Shown piece after piece: positions 63,001-64,000 of a stretch of 64,000 nucleotides of DNA. Numbering within the stretch: the stretch's first letter is position 1; every line of letters begins with the position of its first letter. The stretch covers positions 62,001-126,000 of the forward strand of contig JYFJ02000135.1 of assembly GCA_000934665.2 (NCBI GenBank), in the 5' to 3' direction. The notes beneath the pieces were generated by a model. It worked only from the letters and a program-made list of their open reading frames with translations, had not been told where the DNA came from and ran no database searches. Position numbers and translations under genes: made by a program. Origin of the DNA: Catajapyx aquilonaris (Eukaryota).

Positions 63001-64000
63001 AGAACCACGGTTGGTAATGAAGCGTGTCACATAATATTATTTGAATATTCGAACAAACGTGACATCGAGTCCCTATGAATCATAATTTCACTATAAATTC
63101 ATTATACCTCCGGTGCTGAATCGTTCCTCTGAGAACGTGTGTCCAGTTCTTTGGTGACACGTAGTTTAATTGCAGCAGCGGGAGGTCATAAAAGATCTGG
63201 CTTATCATTATTGGAGATCATGGGCCAGTTCAGAAGATAGCGGGGGTATATAAGGAGGGGGGAGAAGTATATATAAAAAAAAGTTGCTTCTGTAGGTGGA
63301 AGGCTAGACATGTTTGTCATCATCAACGTTACTTCGAAGTATCGCAGCTGTCACTCCAACAAAATATGCTGTTGGTGACCTTGATTTCACAACGCTAATA
63401 TAAAAACTCACGGGGAGGTCAATTAGAATTGAAGAAGAAAAAAAAATCCAGATTCTTAAAAATCATGCGCAATGTATCTCATGCAGAAATCCTTCCTGGT
63501 CGTAAAGTAGGCGTGAGCTTGACGTAAGTCATCTACATAAATTGCCAAGACTGACAAGACCCTGATGTCATCACGTCACCACAATGACTGGTTTCGTTCC
63601 CCTTCTTTTTGCTCCCTCCAACTTAGTAAGAGGGAAAAATCCGCCGGTCGACACTCTAAGTTATGACTCTTATGCCCATCTAATTACAGTAATCCATACC
63701 ACGGAAAAAAATGACTGAGATTATTTTTCTCGCCGCATTTCGCAACAAGGTAAAAATATACGAACATGTCATTTGTATGGTTGCTCCTTAAAAAATTATA
63801 CGTCAATTTGTATTAACAACCACTAATAAACGTCCAGCGTATTTTTCCTTAATATTTTCTATCCAAAAAGTAAGTCAAAAAGTAAGCCGAAAAGGCGAAG
63901 AATGCACCCAGGCTGCCCTCTCTTGGTCGAACCGCGAACTAGGGAACCCCCTCCGGGTGAAAAATCGTTCTGTAACTGCTTTGCCGAAACCTTTTCCTCC

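Larger units (their letters stand above)
3458..64000 (-). other. Large non-coding region, probably (part of) the first intron / cis-regulatory domain of tsh/tio
   Basis: The 3262-3457 exon starts at a splice acceptor in phase 1, so an upstream exon is implied, and none was recognised by eye. All ORFs here are short (<170 aa) with no recognisable domain. Confidence 0.65.

Overview
Eukaryotic, arthropod (most likely insect) genomic DNA with one recognisable gene: a teashirt/tiptop-family (TSHZ) zinc-finger transcription factor on the minus strand. Two phase-compatible coding exons are visible. One is a 196-bp exon (3457-3262). The other is a long exon (2281 to <1) that runs off the left edge; the ORF track misses it, probably because there is no stop inside the window. 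The long exon encodes a PLDLS CtBP-binding motif, two PLDLS-like motifs, three widely spaced C2H2 fingers and a C2HC finger. The remaining ~60.5 kb (3458-64000) has no credible protein-coding, rRNA, tRNA or CRISPR content. It reads as a very large intron or cis-regulatory landscape of this gene, and the first exon was not found. It contains microsatellites, two degenerate minisatellites, a few MITE-like inverted-repeat elements and apparent excesses of developmental TF motifs (Exd-Hth TGANTGACAG, Exd-Hox TGATTTAT, paired AGGTCA half-sites, TGACGTCA, GAGA plus GCCAT). I see no evidence of a novel protein-coding system. The best leads are regulatory, were counted by eye, and need computational or experimental confirmation.
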